A stretch of DNA of 64,000 bases from Vicugna vicugna (lineage: Eukaryota): contig MU061579.1 in NCBI GenBank assembly GCA_013265495.1, positions 2,291,319 through 2,355,318 on the forward strand, read 5' to 3'. This document shows positions 13,301 to 25,085 of this stretch, piece after piece (positions within the stretch are counted from its first letter, which is position 1; each line of letters opens with the position of its first letter). The notes beneath the pieces were generated by a model. The model ran no database searches and was not told the origin of the DNA. It saw nothing but the letters and a program-made list of their open reading frames with translations. The position numbers were made by a program, and so were the translations under genes.

Positions 13301-13449
13301 GGGACCTTTGGATATGAGAGTAAAGGAAGAGAAATATATTTAGTAGTTTGGTGTGGTTTAGTCTTTATTTTTGTTTTTTTGAGGGGAATGCGATATGGAT
13401 TGAGTAAGAAGGGAGATAAATATAGATATACATACAGATACATAAATAG

Positions 13450-13483
13450 GTGTGTGTGTGTGTGTGTGTCTAGAGAGAGAGAG
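13450..13483 (+). repeat. (GT)10 plus (AG)n compound microsatellite
   Basis: gtgtgtgtgtgtgtgtgtgt-ct-agagagagagag. Confidence 0.9.
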
Positions 13484-13789
13484 GTTGCCTCCAACTTTCA
13501 AGGGTGGAAGTAGGAAATCACATATAGAATCTTTATCAACTTTCACACGAAGTTTTCATATGATTAGTAGTTGAAAAAAGGAGAGTCACCCTATGTTGAG
13601 ACTTGGCGATGTTACAGATAGGGGGCAAAAGGTCCCCAGAGACTATGAATCGTCTCACTATTAAAGCTGAAATAAAAGTTGAAGTTATCACAATTGCTTT
13701 CAAGGACACAATCCTATTATTCTTGTGAGAGAATATATTTTAGTAAGAAGAACATCAAAATGGGAACTAAGAATCTCCATTTTAATCCT

Positions 13790-13900
13790 TCTTGGGAAAT
13801 AAACCAGGCAATCTATCAGCCTCCTGACCCCTCAGTTGTCACATTGTGAAATTAGAGAATGGGGCTAAAGATTTCTAAAATCCCATCTAGGTTTTAAATT
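13790..13900 (+). mobile_element. MIR3-like fragment
   Basis: cctcagttgtcacattgtgaaattagagaatggggctaaagatttctaaaatcccatctag. Confidence 0.5.
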
Positions 13901-15074
13901 ATTTTTTTTCTATGTGCTAGATATTTTTTAATTAGCCAATATAAATAAAATGTGAATATGTAAAGTAAAAACAATTTATCATAAAAAATGATTAGTTTTA
14001 AGCTATTTTCAATTCACGTAAGGTTTGTGGCTAAAGAAGAATGTTGAATTACAAGAAGGGAAGTAATGACTGATGTTACAAAAAGAAAACAAAACCTAAG
14101 TCATAAACACAATTGATTTTTATCCTCTCGCTTTTTTGGTTTTGTTAGAATTGTAATTTCAGACCGTACTTTCAAAACTAGTCATAAAAGAGCCTAATAG
14201 CTAGCAATAGATATTTTCTAAAATTGGGCCAAATATAATTTCCTGCACATTTATAATCAAGCAATTCTTATAGTTCATATTATTCTCTTCAATAGATAGT
14301 CTGCATATGATATCTTTCTGACCTCACTCTCTCTGTTTAAAATTATAGTTCATGCTTTTTCAGAAAAACTATAGACTGTGATGGACAGAAAATATAGACA
14401 ATTGTATAAACCAAAGTACCCTCTAAACAGTGGAAAACACTGAGTCTCATAGAACTTTGTAAGATCCTAGGGCTATTCTTATATTGCTCTCTCTCATATG
14501 TATCTGTATGAGAGAGAAGAAAATATATATGAGAAAAAACATGTGTATGAGAGTGAAGTAAATATAAAATATAAATATGTACATAAACATACATTTATAT
14601 ATAATATATACGCATATGTATTGTACTCAAACTGAGCCTTTTTACAATGATGCTGAAAATACATTAATAAATGTTAGTCTTCAGAACCAAGTGTATTGAA
14701 TAGCACTTCCCCAAACACAAAAATCAAAGAACTTAAGAAGCGAGGCACCCTACCCTCTGAATCTAAAACTTTAGATTCACATCTACAGACATTTCCCCAG
14801 CGGAAGGCCACTGGGGAGACATTTGTCCTGGAATCCAGTGAAGTGAGCGGGTGCAGCTGCATTTTACACACCCTTCCTGGAGAGCCCAAATCCCTGCCCA
14901 GAGGAGCCCCAGGCTGGGCATCAGACTCTTGCCCTAGACAGAGGACCTGGCAAGTAAAGGAATGTCACCACGTGTGCTCCACTCACAACTTAGTGTCTCG
15001 GATTTAGATGGTCCCAATATGTATTCGATGAATAAAGGTAGTTTCTGGATTTTATTAAAAATATGCCCTTAAAA

Positions 15075-15427
15075 CCTAGAGATTATCATATTAAGTGAAG
15101 TAAGTCACACAGAGAAAGACAAATATCATATGATATGACTCATATGTGGAATCTAAAAAAAATATGATACAAATGAACTTATTTACAAACCAGAAATAGC
15201 CTCACAGACATAGAAAACAAGCTATGGTTACACAGGGGAAAGGGGAGGGAAGGAAGGATAAATTAAAAGCTTGGGATTAGCAGATACACACTACTGTATA
15301 AAAACAGATAAACAACAAGGACCTACTGTATAGCACAGGGAGCTATATTCAATATCTTGTAATAACTTATAAGGGAAAAGAATCTGAAAAATAATATATA
15401 TACAATCTACAATTCTATAATTTAAAA
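15075..15427 (+). mobile_element. 5'-truncated LINE-1 (ORF2 end plus 3' UTR, cetartiodactyl-type) with TSD
   Basis: cctagagattatcatattaagtgaagtaagtcacacagagaaagacaaatatcatatga ... tatagcacagggagctatattcaatatcttg; exact TSD ATGCCCTTAAAA at 15063-15074 and 15428-15439; the distal 3' UTR looks internally deleted relative to the other copies. Confidence 0.93.
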
Positions 15428-15494
15428 ATGCCCTTAAAAGCCAAATCAGACCCAAGAAGGTTATTCTCTTTAAGTCACCATTGTTCCTCTTTTA

Positions 15495-15750
15495 CTTTAT
15501 TTATTTTGCAAGTATTTGCTGAGTGGACCCTGTGTTCCAAGTACTATTGAGCTTCCGGGAAGGAAAAAGACTAACCATACGGAATCCTTGCTCTGTACAA
15601 ATTCAGGATTCAGTGGGAAGAAGAACATAAACATCAATAATAGAAAAAATGTGATCGTAAATGTATAGAAAGAATAATGGCGGAGTCCGAAAAAGACAGG
15701 GCAGGCAGCTTCAGGTCAGGGTCAGAGACTTTTTGATGAGGGGAACACAT
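15495..15750 (-). mobile_element. L2 3' end relic
   Basis: caagtatttgctgagtggaccctgtgttccaagtact ... tccttgctctgtacaaattcaggattcagtgggaag, antisense L2 terminus. Confidence 0.65.
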
Positions 15751-17049
15751 GAGAAGAACGTTTTTTTTTTTTTTTGGCTTCTTTTCTACTTTAATCTCTT
15801 AACATAACCTGTAAACCCATGCTTTTCACACTTAATCTTGCACTTACATAATGGTGTATGTTTTGTTTTCCCTCAAAGAAAAATTTAGGTTTTTTAAACC
15901 AGGGATTTTGAAAGAGAAGTCAAGTTCACTTGCCAGTTATTTAGAATCCAGCTTTAGTAAAGGACTGACTAACAGTGATGAGTTTGTATTTCTCCATGTG
16001 AGGTAGAATGTCACTTGGACATTAAAATAATTCTCATTCAATGTCATAAAACTGAAGATGCCATATAATAATCTCTAGTGACACAAAACAACTCAAAGTG
16101 TCTCAAGCATGCATGTGCCTGTATAAACTGTGTTTCCTTTGCCCTGTTACAGTTTTTCTCTCTTTTCTTTTTGGACAACTCCTATTTATGGATTAATGTC
16201 CACAAATATGATCTCTTTCCACGAACGTTTGTTAACAGCTTCAGGGTCCTGCATGAAACGATCATCTCTCCTTCCCTGTCTGACATTTGGTATGCATCTC
16301 GGTTAGAGAATATTTGCTGAGAGCCTGTTTTGTTTAACGCACTGTGCCAGGAACAAAGAGTCATTTCAGCTTTACAGACAGGGCTGTTTCAAGCCAGAAT
16401 GCGGAGCATAGGCCGACTGGTTATTTACGGCCAGTGTCCATTCTGAAAGCCTCATGCCCTTGCTTTACCAGTCGGTTTAATGCTTTGAATGTTGCCCCTG
16501 TACAGCACATAAAGAATCCCTGGGCATTTTAGATGTGCCATCCCTTTTTCTTTCCTTGAAACTGTACCACTGCACCAATGTGGCAAATCCCTCGATGAGA
16601 AAGAAGTTTGGTTTTGTTTCACTTTTTTCTCAGAAGTCTCCCCAGAGGAGTGTCAATTCCATTCTATGAATCCATCAGGAACGGAAGGACATGTTGGAAA
16701 AGCAATTTAGGAGATATGTTGACAAACCCAAATGAGGCAGAGTATTTGTTCAGTTCTTGTATCTACAGGACTGACAAAATGAAAGGAGTGATGGAGGTGG
16801 TTGTCCAAATTTGCAAGCCATTTTTCACGCCTCTTTTTTAAATGCACGTGTGACTTTTGAGTCTCATAGATCCAAGGCTGCTTGGGAAGAAAGGAGAAAG
16901 GAGTTAGAGAGGAGACATAAAGAGAGACGCAGAGAGAATACCTGTAGCTAAAAGCTCAGAATGAAATACATGACTTTAAAGTATCTTATCTCTCATCACA
17001 ACACATGTGGAACAAAATTCAAAGTTTTTATTCTCTGGTTTTAAATAAC

Positions 17050-17470
17050 AATAGTGGTTAAAATTACAAGCCTCCCAGTCAAAGAGGCTCATATTCAAAT
17101 CTTATCTGTATTTAGAGGCTGAGTGTTGAAGACACTTGAATGACCTCACTGAGCATCTCCTCCTGCAGATCATTTTTGCATGAATTAAAGAGATGACCAT
17201 TGATTATCAATCACTTCCAGTGTGCTAGACTTTGCTGTCTGAATTATGTGTTAAGTTAATTATCACAACAATCCTACTGTCCTCATTTTACCCATGTGGA
17301 AATTGAGGCTTAGAGTTACTCACTTTGCCTCTTTCACCCATCAAATATTTTCACCCCAGTGGGCAGACCCCAGAGTCTGAACCCCACGTGCTCTGCTTCC
17401 TGCTGCATCTTGCCTGCTTCCCGCATGCCGTGCCTGGCGTAGTCATTGCTATATAAATAACGTTTTATTA
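17050..17470. mobile_element. MIR (+) interrupted by a second MIR (-, ~17200-17400)
   Basis: Plus-strand head atagtggttaaaa... and tail gtgcctggcgtagtc; inner antisense core cacaacaatcct...cctcattttacccatgtggaaattgaggcttagag. Confidence 0.6.
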
Positions 17471-18158
17471 ATAACAATTTTGAAAGAGACCTATTATGCT
17501 CCCAGCATTTTATTGTAAATTACACAGTACAGAAGTGTGACAAAGTGGTAGTTGCTTTCTTCCCGGCACAAATAATATTTCATATGAGTTGAATGATACC
17601 TTTTAAATATCAGGCTTTTTTTTTCCCCCCTCCTCCTATTCCTTTTTGGAAGGCCAAAAGGAAAACACTGTTTTCTTTACTGCTTCTAAGTATCCCCGGC
17701 AATCAATACTGCTTTACAGAACATGTTGCTAACTATTAACTATTTGTCAGATGGAAGAGGGTTTTAATATATTTTCTACAGCTACGGAGCAATATATGAA
17801 ATAGTGCGTTGTCGTATAAGGTATTTCAGAGCCTAGATTTTTCACAGACACTGTTCTGTGAAGAGGTGGAAGTCTGTTCATCTGCCGAAGCTCCAGGCTC
17901 CTCACGTGTAAAGTGTAGAGTGAATTCAAATCCAGATGATACTTCTAGTTCTAAGGTCAATGACCCTCTGATCTGTAGGTAAAGTTCTAGGAAGGAGTAT
18001 TCCATGCACCTCAACAGGATAATTCAGGTTATGAAGATGTAGAGTCATCTACCTTTTAGAGTTATCAGGTCCGCATCATTAGAAATACGTAAAAGAATTC
18101 CCTGCCAGAGGTGATGTAGATGGTCCAACTGTGTTCAGTTAAAAGGTAAACTATAGTC

Positions 18159-18554
18159 TTTTTTTTTTTTTACTTTTTTTTCTGTTGAAGTATAGTCAAT
18201 TTATAATGTTGTGTTAATTTCCGGTGTACAGCATAGTGAGATATATAAATACATACTTTCCTCCTCGTATTATTTTTCATTATAGGTCATTACAAGGTAT
18301 TGAATAGAGTTCCCTGTGCTATACAGTAGGACCTTGTTATCTATTTTATTCATAGTAGTGTGTATCTGCAAATCTCAAACTCCCAATTTATCCCTCCTCA
18401 CCCCCTTTCCCCCGGTAACCATAAATTTGTTTTCTATGTCTGTGAGTCTGTCTCTGTTTTATAAATAAGTTCATATGTGTCTTTTTTTTTTTTTAAAGAT
18501 GCCACATGTGAGTGATATCATACAGTATTTTTCTTTCTCCTTCTGGCTTACTTC
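18159..18554 (-). mobile_element. 5'-truncated LINE-1 (3' UTR plus ORF2 end)
   Basis: Poly-T at 18159, then ttgaagtatagtcaatttataatgttgtg ... gttccctgtgctatacagtaggacc ... ttctggcttacttc; no clear TSD. Confidence 0.93.
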
Positions 18555-18680
18555 CTTTAAAGAGCATGTGTTTCTGACCAAAGTTTTTCAAATTGCTTGT
18601 ATAAACTAAATGCACATGTAGTCAGGGGAATATGAAGAAAGGACTAACAGCTTATATCCAGGTTTCTTAATCTCAGGGAA

Positions 18681-18710
18681 AAAAAACAAAACAAAACAAA
18701 ACAAAACAAC
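18681..18710 (+). repeat. (CAAAA)n microsatellite
   Basis: aaaaaacaaaacaaaacaaaacaaaacaac. Confidence 0.9.
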
Positions 18711-18901
18711 ATCCCTAAGTAGGCTGAAACCAGGGCTCCAATTACTCTGCAAATTCTGCCAGCAAAGCAGTAAGAAAATAAACCCAAACACCTGCTGTGT
18801 GTTTATGTAAATCAAGTTTAGGCAGGATTATTTCTCTAAAATGTCCCAGGTAATTGTGGCTCAATAATTCCAGCTCCATTGGTAACTACTGTAAATTTGA
18901 T

Positions 18902-19035
18902 CAGCGCTTCTTAAAATATAGTCCTCGGAACATCTGCATTAGTCACCCTATTAAAACTGCAGATCCCTGGGCCCCCAGAATTTTGAATCAGAATCAACCT
19001 GGCTGTCTTTTCTCTTTTTAAACAAGCTTCCTCGT
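18902..19035. mobile_element. MER5A-like hAT-Charlie DNA transposon fragment
   Basis: cagcgcttcttaaaa TIR-like start; attaaaactgcagatccctgggccccc ... gaatcagaatc ... tttaaacaagcttcc. Confidence 0.65.
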
Positions 19036-19270
19036 CAGTGTTTTTCAAACATTTTTGACCAAGGTGCATAATGAGTGTTACACTTTAGGTCAATGTCTCC
19101 TTTTAATGATGGGCTTGTAGTAGCCACACTAAACATAAAAGTCGCATGTGATGAAAACAATAAGCTACAAAGATCTCGGAACAGAAAAAATATTGAGGTG
19201 ACTTTATTTATAATTTGCTTAATATTTATGGAAAATCTAAGAAGCCCCAGTCTCTTAAGATAATAAATGT
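19036..19270. mobile_element. second hAT-Charlie-like element
   Basis: Begins cagtgtttttcaaacatttttgacca, a Charlie-type TIR; the right end is uncertain. Confidence 0.4.
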
Positions 19271-20099
19271 TAGTCATACCACTTTTTTAAGATGAAAAGA
19301 AAAATCTTTTTATAATTAAAATAATTATCTCTTTAATTGTCAGGATTATTATTATGGAAATGAAAAGTGTTCCGATTTTTCTTAATGTGAACACCAATAT
19401 TTCACCTGCAGTTGCTAAAATTTGTGGGCTATTATGGTAATTTAACACAGTGTTTCTTTTGATATGAGTCGATCAACTGACTTGTTATATATATTTTTTA
19501 ATTTTTAAAAAATTTTTTGTGTGTAAGTTAATTTTTTTTCAGAAGCTATTTCCATTCTAAATCTGTCCCACAGTTAAGGTGGAGATTATGAAAGGTAAGT
19601 AGGGGGAGGCCACTGCTGTCTAGGAAATAAAGAAATTCAATAACATGACCCATCAAAGTCCCTTCAAACTCGAAAATTCAGAGAGTCATTTTCTGATGTA
19701 AGTACATTCAACAGGTCCTCCAATGAGCACACGACTCTGCCAAAGAGTGAGGTAATCAAGACCATTATAATGCCCAACCTAATTTTGATGTAATTGTCCT
19801 CAACAGCACAAACAAATTATCTCTAAACCTCAGTTACACTTCACAGATCTTATTTTGCTCATAAAATCACTAGCCTCACCCACATCATCCCACACCCCAA
19901 GCTTTGTACCACCTAAGATGATGTATAATAATTTATGCACAATCTGGCTTGGTCCATCTCAGCTGTGCCCCACCCCATAGAGATGGACTCACCTGACAAC
20001 GTAAACTCACATTCATCCTCAAATGAACAAATGCTAAAATATATCCCTCACCACCTTGTTGTCACTATGTTGGTTTTCTTCTAGTAAAGACAGTTTCAT

Positions 20100-20750
20100 T
20101 CTCCCAAATATTTCTTGAATACTTGCTGGATGAGAAGTCAGTAGTATTACTAAGAGATGTGAAGAAATGATAGACTACTTTGCTGACCTCTGAAAAGATG
20201 ACATGAGTGAGAAAATAAGATACTCAGAAACAAATTCCCTAAAATACACAGCAGTGTGAAGTTGAGCACTGATTAAACTCATACTAAGTTTGCTATTAGG
20301 GAAAGGTACTCAAAAAAAAAAAAAAGAGTGAGGATGCAGATGAGTAGGGATTGGGCAATGCTATGGCATGTTTGGAGACAAGAGAGGAGATTGGTTTGGA
20401 GAGAATGTTATTTGGGAAGATGCATTTGGATAGACAAGTTAGAATTAAATCACAGACTACCTGATGGCCAGATCAAGCGTTTTAACTTTGAGTGTGGTGA
20501 GGAATTGCCTACAGTCCTTGAATAGAAAACTACCTTATTGGAATTTCGGGCAGATCATTTTAGTGACCTTCCAAAAGAAAAAAGTAATAACTGAGACCTT
20601 CCTAAGGATGGAGACTAAAGCCAAGAAGCATTTATACTGTTGAATGCATTAAATGTTGGTGGTAATGGTAGCAGAGTAGTGGAGGAAAGGAGGTGAATAT
20701 GGGACTAAAACTGCACTGGATGAGAATGCCAGGGTGACTGTGGTACTAGA
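20100..20750 (-). mobile_element. L2 LINE relic
   Basis: caaatatttcttgaatacttgc start; ggcatgtttggagac ... ggccagatcaagcgttttaactt ... agatcattttag ... gatggagactaaagccaagaag. Confidence 0.65.
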
Positions 20751-20912
20751 GGTCAAATCTTTTTTTTTTCTTTTTTTAGTTTAGTTCAGATTCCACTGCA
20801 TCCCAGTTTGTATTTCAGGGTGGACATTTTATTAATTTCTATTATAATAGCTCTCAATTTTGCCTTGAAAAAAGTCACCCAAATGGATTAAGTTTACTTT
20901 AATGGCTTGAGT

Positions 20913-20950
<38 letters not shown>
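20913..20950 (+). repeat. (TA)n(GA)n compound microsatellite
   Basis: Uninterrupted TA run followed directly by a GA run. Confidence 0.95.
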
Positions 20951-21228
20951 AATTTTCTGGAAAATTTTGCCTGTTGAATTCATATGAATTTACTTTGTAA
21001 ATTTAGAAAAAGCAAATCTTGTTCAATTGCTAGCAAAATAGCAAAGACAAGAAGGGATATTTGCAGGGGTGGGAGGTGTAGGCTTGAGGCAGGTACTTCT
21101 ACGTTTAGCCCAAGACTCCCCTAGAACTGTGTTGAAATAAAAATACTCCTACATGCTTTCCTATTTCTCAAGCCAAGTCCAAAGTTCAAGTTATCAGTAG
21201 ATGGAGTCTGATCATTGCATGTTCATTC

Positions 21229-21245
21229 NNNNNNNNNNNNNNNNN
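21229..21245. other. Assembly gap (17 N)
   Basis: Run of N flanked on both sides by the same 14-mer ttgcatgttcattc. Confidence 0.98.
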
Positions 21246-21256
21246 TTGCATGTTCA

Positions 21257-21257
21257 T

Positions 21258-21324
<67 letters not shown>

Positions 21325-21334
21325 CTCTCTCTCT
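21257..21334 (+). repeat. (TTTC)n then (TC)n microsatellite
   Basis: About 16 perfect TTTC units followed by a short TC run. Confidence 0.97.
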
Positions 21335-22160
21335 TTTAAATGTGAGTTTCTCTCTTTGATTATTAGATATAATGCTTTGGGTGACTTGGGGAGGAAAGCA
21401 AAACAGAAACTCTTCACAAAGACTTAATTTCCTACTAAGTATGAAAGTTTTTTTCTTAAATTCAAGCATGCTTCATTTCATAACCAAAAGTCAGATACTT
21501 AATGAACTAAATTGGCTAATAGAGACTTTCACTGTGTAAGCCTCCCATTTTTCTTGATAATGATAAGAAATAGTGGAAGCTTCATGGGACTTGACTAACT
21601 AGAAATTACCAGTTGTGAGTTGGCTACATAAAAAGATTAATCTTTCCCTCAAGCTAATTTCTGATAATTAACGAAAATATCCAAGAGTGCCAAGACAAAT
21701 TAAGCATGTAAGGTAGTATTTTGTAACCTCCTTTGGAAAGGATAGCCCGGCTCAGTAGTGTCTACGGTCTGGCCATATTTAGTGTGAGCAACCATTTAAA
21801 AAATGCCGAGAGTATCACTCTTTTTGCATCATGTTGTATGAGTGCTATTTTGAAGGAGATGGGCGGGGGAAGGAGTTAGTAACGATTACAGAAGAAAAAG
21901 CTTCTTTATTTAGTTGGCTTGTATTTCTCTCATAGTCATTTTCACTCTTCTTAACCTTATGTTAAGCACATAGGTTATATTCCTCTAGAAAGAACCATCA
22001 GGGTAAGGAGGCAGCTGCACTGCACTTTTCTGGCCATTGACTGTCTGATTTTGGAGCTGTCAGCCAGCCTGCCTGACGGCGGAGAGTCCAGGGAGCAGGT
22101 GACCCACAGAGAAGTAGACACAAAGCAGTACTTTACAAACCCATTCTGTTTCCCTTTCAT

Positions 22161-22186
22161 TGTGTGTGTGTGTGTGTGTGTGTGTG
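22161..22186 (+). repeat. (TG)13 microsatellite
   Basis: Direct reading of tg repeats. Confidence 0.95.
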
Positions 22187-24589
22187 GTGTGTTTGTATTT
22201 GCCTACCAGGAACCAGGGAAGGTTTAAGTTTCATTGAGCACTGATTGTCTCAAAATACTCAAAGACTGGTTTATAAAACAGCCATGAAAAAGATTTCCCA
22301 AGAAAACATATCACTCTAGAATGTTCTAAAAGCATGTAATATCATATCTCCAAAATCAACAAAATTCTTTTTTCTCCATCATTATTAATGTAATATAGGG
22401 CTTTCCTTCACACAGGGAAAACCATTATTTTACAAGAGCAGTTTTACTTATGCAAAAAACTCTGACATTCTTAGTGATTTTTAATATCCTAGGAAGACTA
22501 TTAAATGTTCAAACAACAGACATTCCTTCGAGATGCTATCACCTATGGCAGTTTGTTGAAAGTTTTTTTTTAAAGTACTTCTATTTTACAAAGCAAGAGG
22601 ATGTTAGTTTTCCCAATTTTACTTGTGATACTTATTTGTTTATTCATTTTTTCATTTGTCTGTTCATTTTTAGCTCCTGAACACTTTTCATACTCTGAAA
22701 GCAGCTTAGAATTGATTAACTGTTCATGTTACACTAGTGAAAAATGCCCTTTGACCTGGTTACAATTATTTTAAAATTTACTCATGCTTGTTGTCTGTGA
22801 AGGTAAAAGCTGGCCCCCTCCCACAAACCTTTGAGAGTATTTGAACCAGACTGGAACTTCAGTGTTCCCCGGGCAATCAGTCCTTGGGTATCCAGTCACA
22901 GACCTCCTACAGCATTTCCATTATGTTTTTCAATCTCTTTCAGCCCCAGTAAATCCCTGCCTCCTCAGGTGAGCGTTTGCCTTACTTTGAAAGAATGTAC
23001 AACCCTCGTAATGTGGTCATTTATAAATGCCCATCACTTCATAATTATGATTTCCCCAGTTAACAAATGCCAGTCACATTATCAGTGGGTTTTCATATCT
23101 ACAGTTTCCAAAAACAAGTCTCTCAAATTGCAGACTGATTTGTAGTCCCTCCAGGAGCTATTACATTTACTTTCAGTATAAAGTGCTTAAAGCCAGTAAG
23201 TACAACTTGATGGGAAAATGTTTGGTTACCATTGACAAGGTTTTATTGCCCATGTCTAACCTTATTCTTGCCAGGAATTAGAATGAAAGTCATTGTCAAA
23301 TAACAGTAAGCAATTACATCTCTTAATTTTCAAGGTCAATGAGTGAGAATTATTTTATTTCATTAAAAATAATTAGTAACTCATCTGGAAACTGTGTAAG
23401 TATTAAACTAAGTGTATACCAAGTTTAGTTTTATTAGTAATAGCAAGTTATTTAAATCCATGTGGTGTTTATTTGTAAATAGTTGTCCCCACTGAAAATG
23501 TCTGGTTATTTTGCTTATATGGAAAACTTTTAAAGACTGGAATCCATATTAAGCACACAATGCTGATAAATAAACAAGCATTGGTAGCACCCTTCTTTAA
23601 AAGTCTTCTGTGTACAACAAATATGAAAAAAATGGTGACATTTAGGTCAGTGCTCTTACTTGCAAGAGTTAGATCTAGCATCTAGGTAGGTAGCACTAGG
23701 GTCTTGTCTTCCATGTCATCCTCGTATTTGTCCCAAATCTTCTCAGCCTTCTCCTTATTTTCTTCTGTCCCCCAGTGTCACTTCCCAGATAGTTGGATCC
23801 ATTGCTGTCTGTGGAGTGCTCAGTTAGGTATTTTGAAGTAAAGGCAAGACCTGCCTCTTCCATCAATGGGAGACTTTCTTTTGGAGGCGATATATGATTT
23901 TTCATCTTCTTCCACTTGTCTCCTTGCCTCCCACCTCTGGGGGGATATGACTGCTATTGAAGCAAAGTTTGGAATGTGGTGCTGTGTTAAGAAGTATCAC
24001 CAAGTGCAAATCTTTAAGCAGTATTTTGTTCTCAGAAATGATCTACCTGAATTCCACCTCAGGATTCACTCTCCCTGCCTTCTCCTCAGTACACTGAGAG
24101 GCTTGGAAGGTTCATGTAGGCCTGTGGTTCTTTATGATGCAGCCGAAATTCCAGGCTTCTCCCCTCCCCAGCTCTCTCTTTACCTCTGACAGATCATCTG
24201 ATCAGGTGTTTAAATGAACAATTGTCTTTTCCCTCTCAAATGTCCATGTTGGCCATTTTGAAATGAAAATCATTTAGTACTTGAGTAATGTGATGGACAC
24301 TGTTGCACATATGCTGATGCATGTATACTGATGTAGAGACACGTGTGCCCTTTCTTCGTATAAATCTAAAACTTTCCAGTGGATCATATTTTTCCTTGAA
24401 TACTCTGAATTTTCCTTGCTGCTTAGCCATATTTCATAAGTATCATTGAAAAGGTTATTACATTGTTGCAGTGAACTAAATATTATACATATACGTGGCT
24501 CAATCTGAATTTATAGGGTCCTGAATCTGTTATCCTACAATTCTGTAAGAAAATGTCTTATAAATTAATCAGGACCTGTCAATATCTAG

Positions 24590-24700
24590 AACTGGTTTTC
24601 AATCCTGACTCTGTCTCCAGCATGTGACATGCCCTTGGGTACCAGCCTTTCTCCTACTGAGCCTTAAGTTCCTCATCTGTAAAATAAAATGACTACATGT
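24590..24700 (+). mobile_element. MIR fragment
   Basis: ttcaatcctgactctg ... ctgagccttaagttcctcatctgtaaaat. Confidence 0.7.
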
Positions 24701-24869
24701 CACTAATTATTTTTCAACTACTTTTTCCATGCTGATATTCCATGGGGAGAATTATTTCAACCCTCATACAGGATAATCTTAGCATTGTGTTTGACAGTCC
24801 ATACCGCCCTGCTGTCAGAAGAATGTAAACATGTCATGTTTTTCATAACAGTATTTTGGTATTGAGAAG

Positions 24870-25085
24870 TGCTGTGATTTAATGGGATGGTATCATTTGG
24901 TTCAGACCTACCTGTGTTCAAATCTTTTTTTAGCAATATGATCTCAGACAAAATTTTAAACTTTTTGAACTTTGATTTTGTCATTTGCAAAAAAAAATGG
25001 AATAATAATATTTTCATAGCTGTGAGGATTAAAAGTACCTATCACATTATCTGGTAATTTCTGACATTCAATAAATGATCATATA
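24870..25085 (+). mobile_element. MIR
   Basis: tcagacctacctgtgttcaaatc ... tcatttgcaaaa..tggaataataata ... gtgaggattaaa ... attcaataaatg. Confidence 0.7.

Noticed and set aside
9083..19995. Other minus-strand CAG|GTGAGT donors (~9088, ~19992)
   Set aside because: No convincing pyrimidine tract or paired acceptor; frequency compatible with chance
21215..21259. 14-bp direct repeat flanking the N run
   Set aside because: Most likely overlapping contig ends beside a TTTC array, an assembly artefact rather than a TSD
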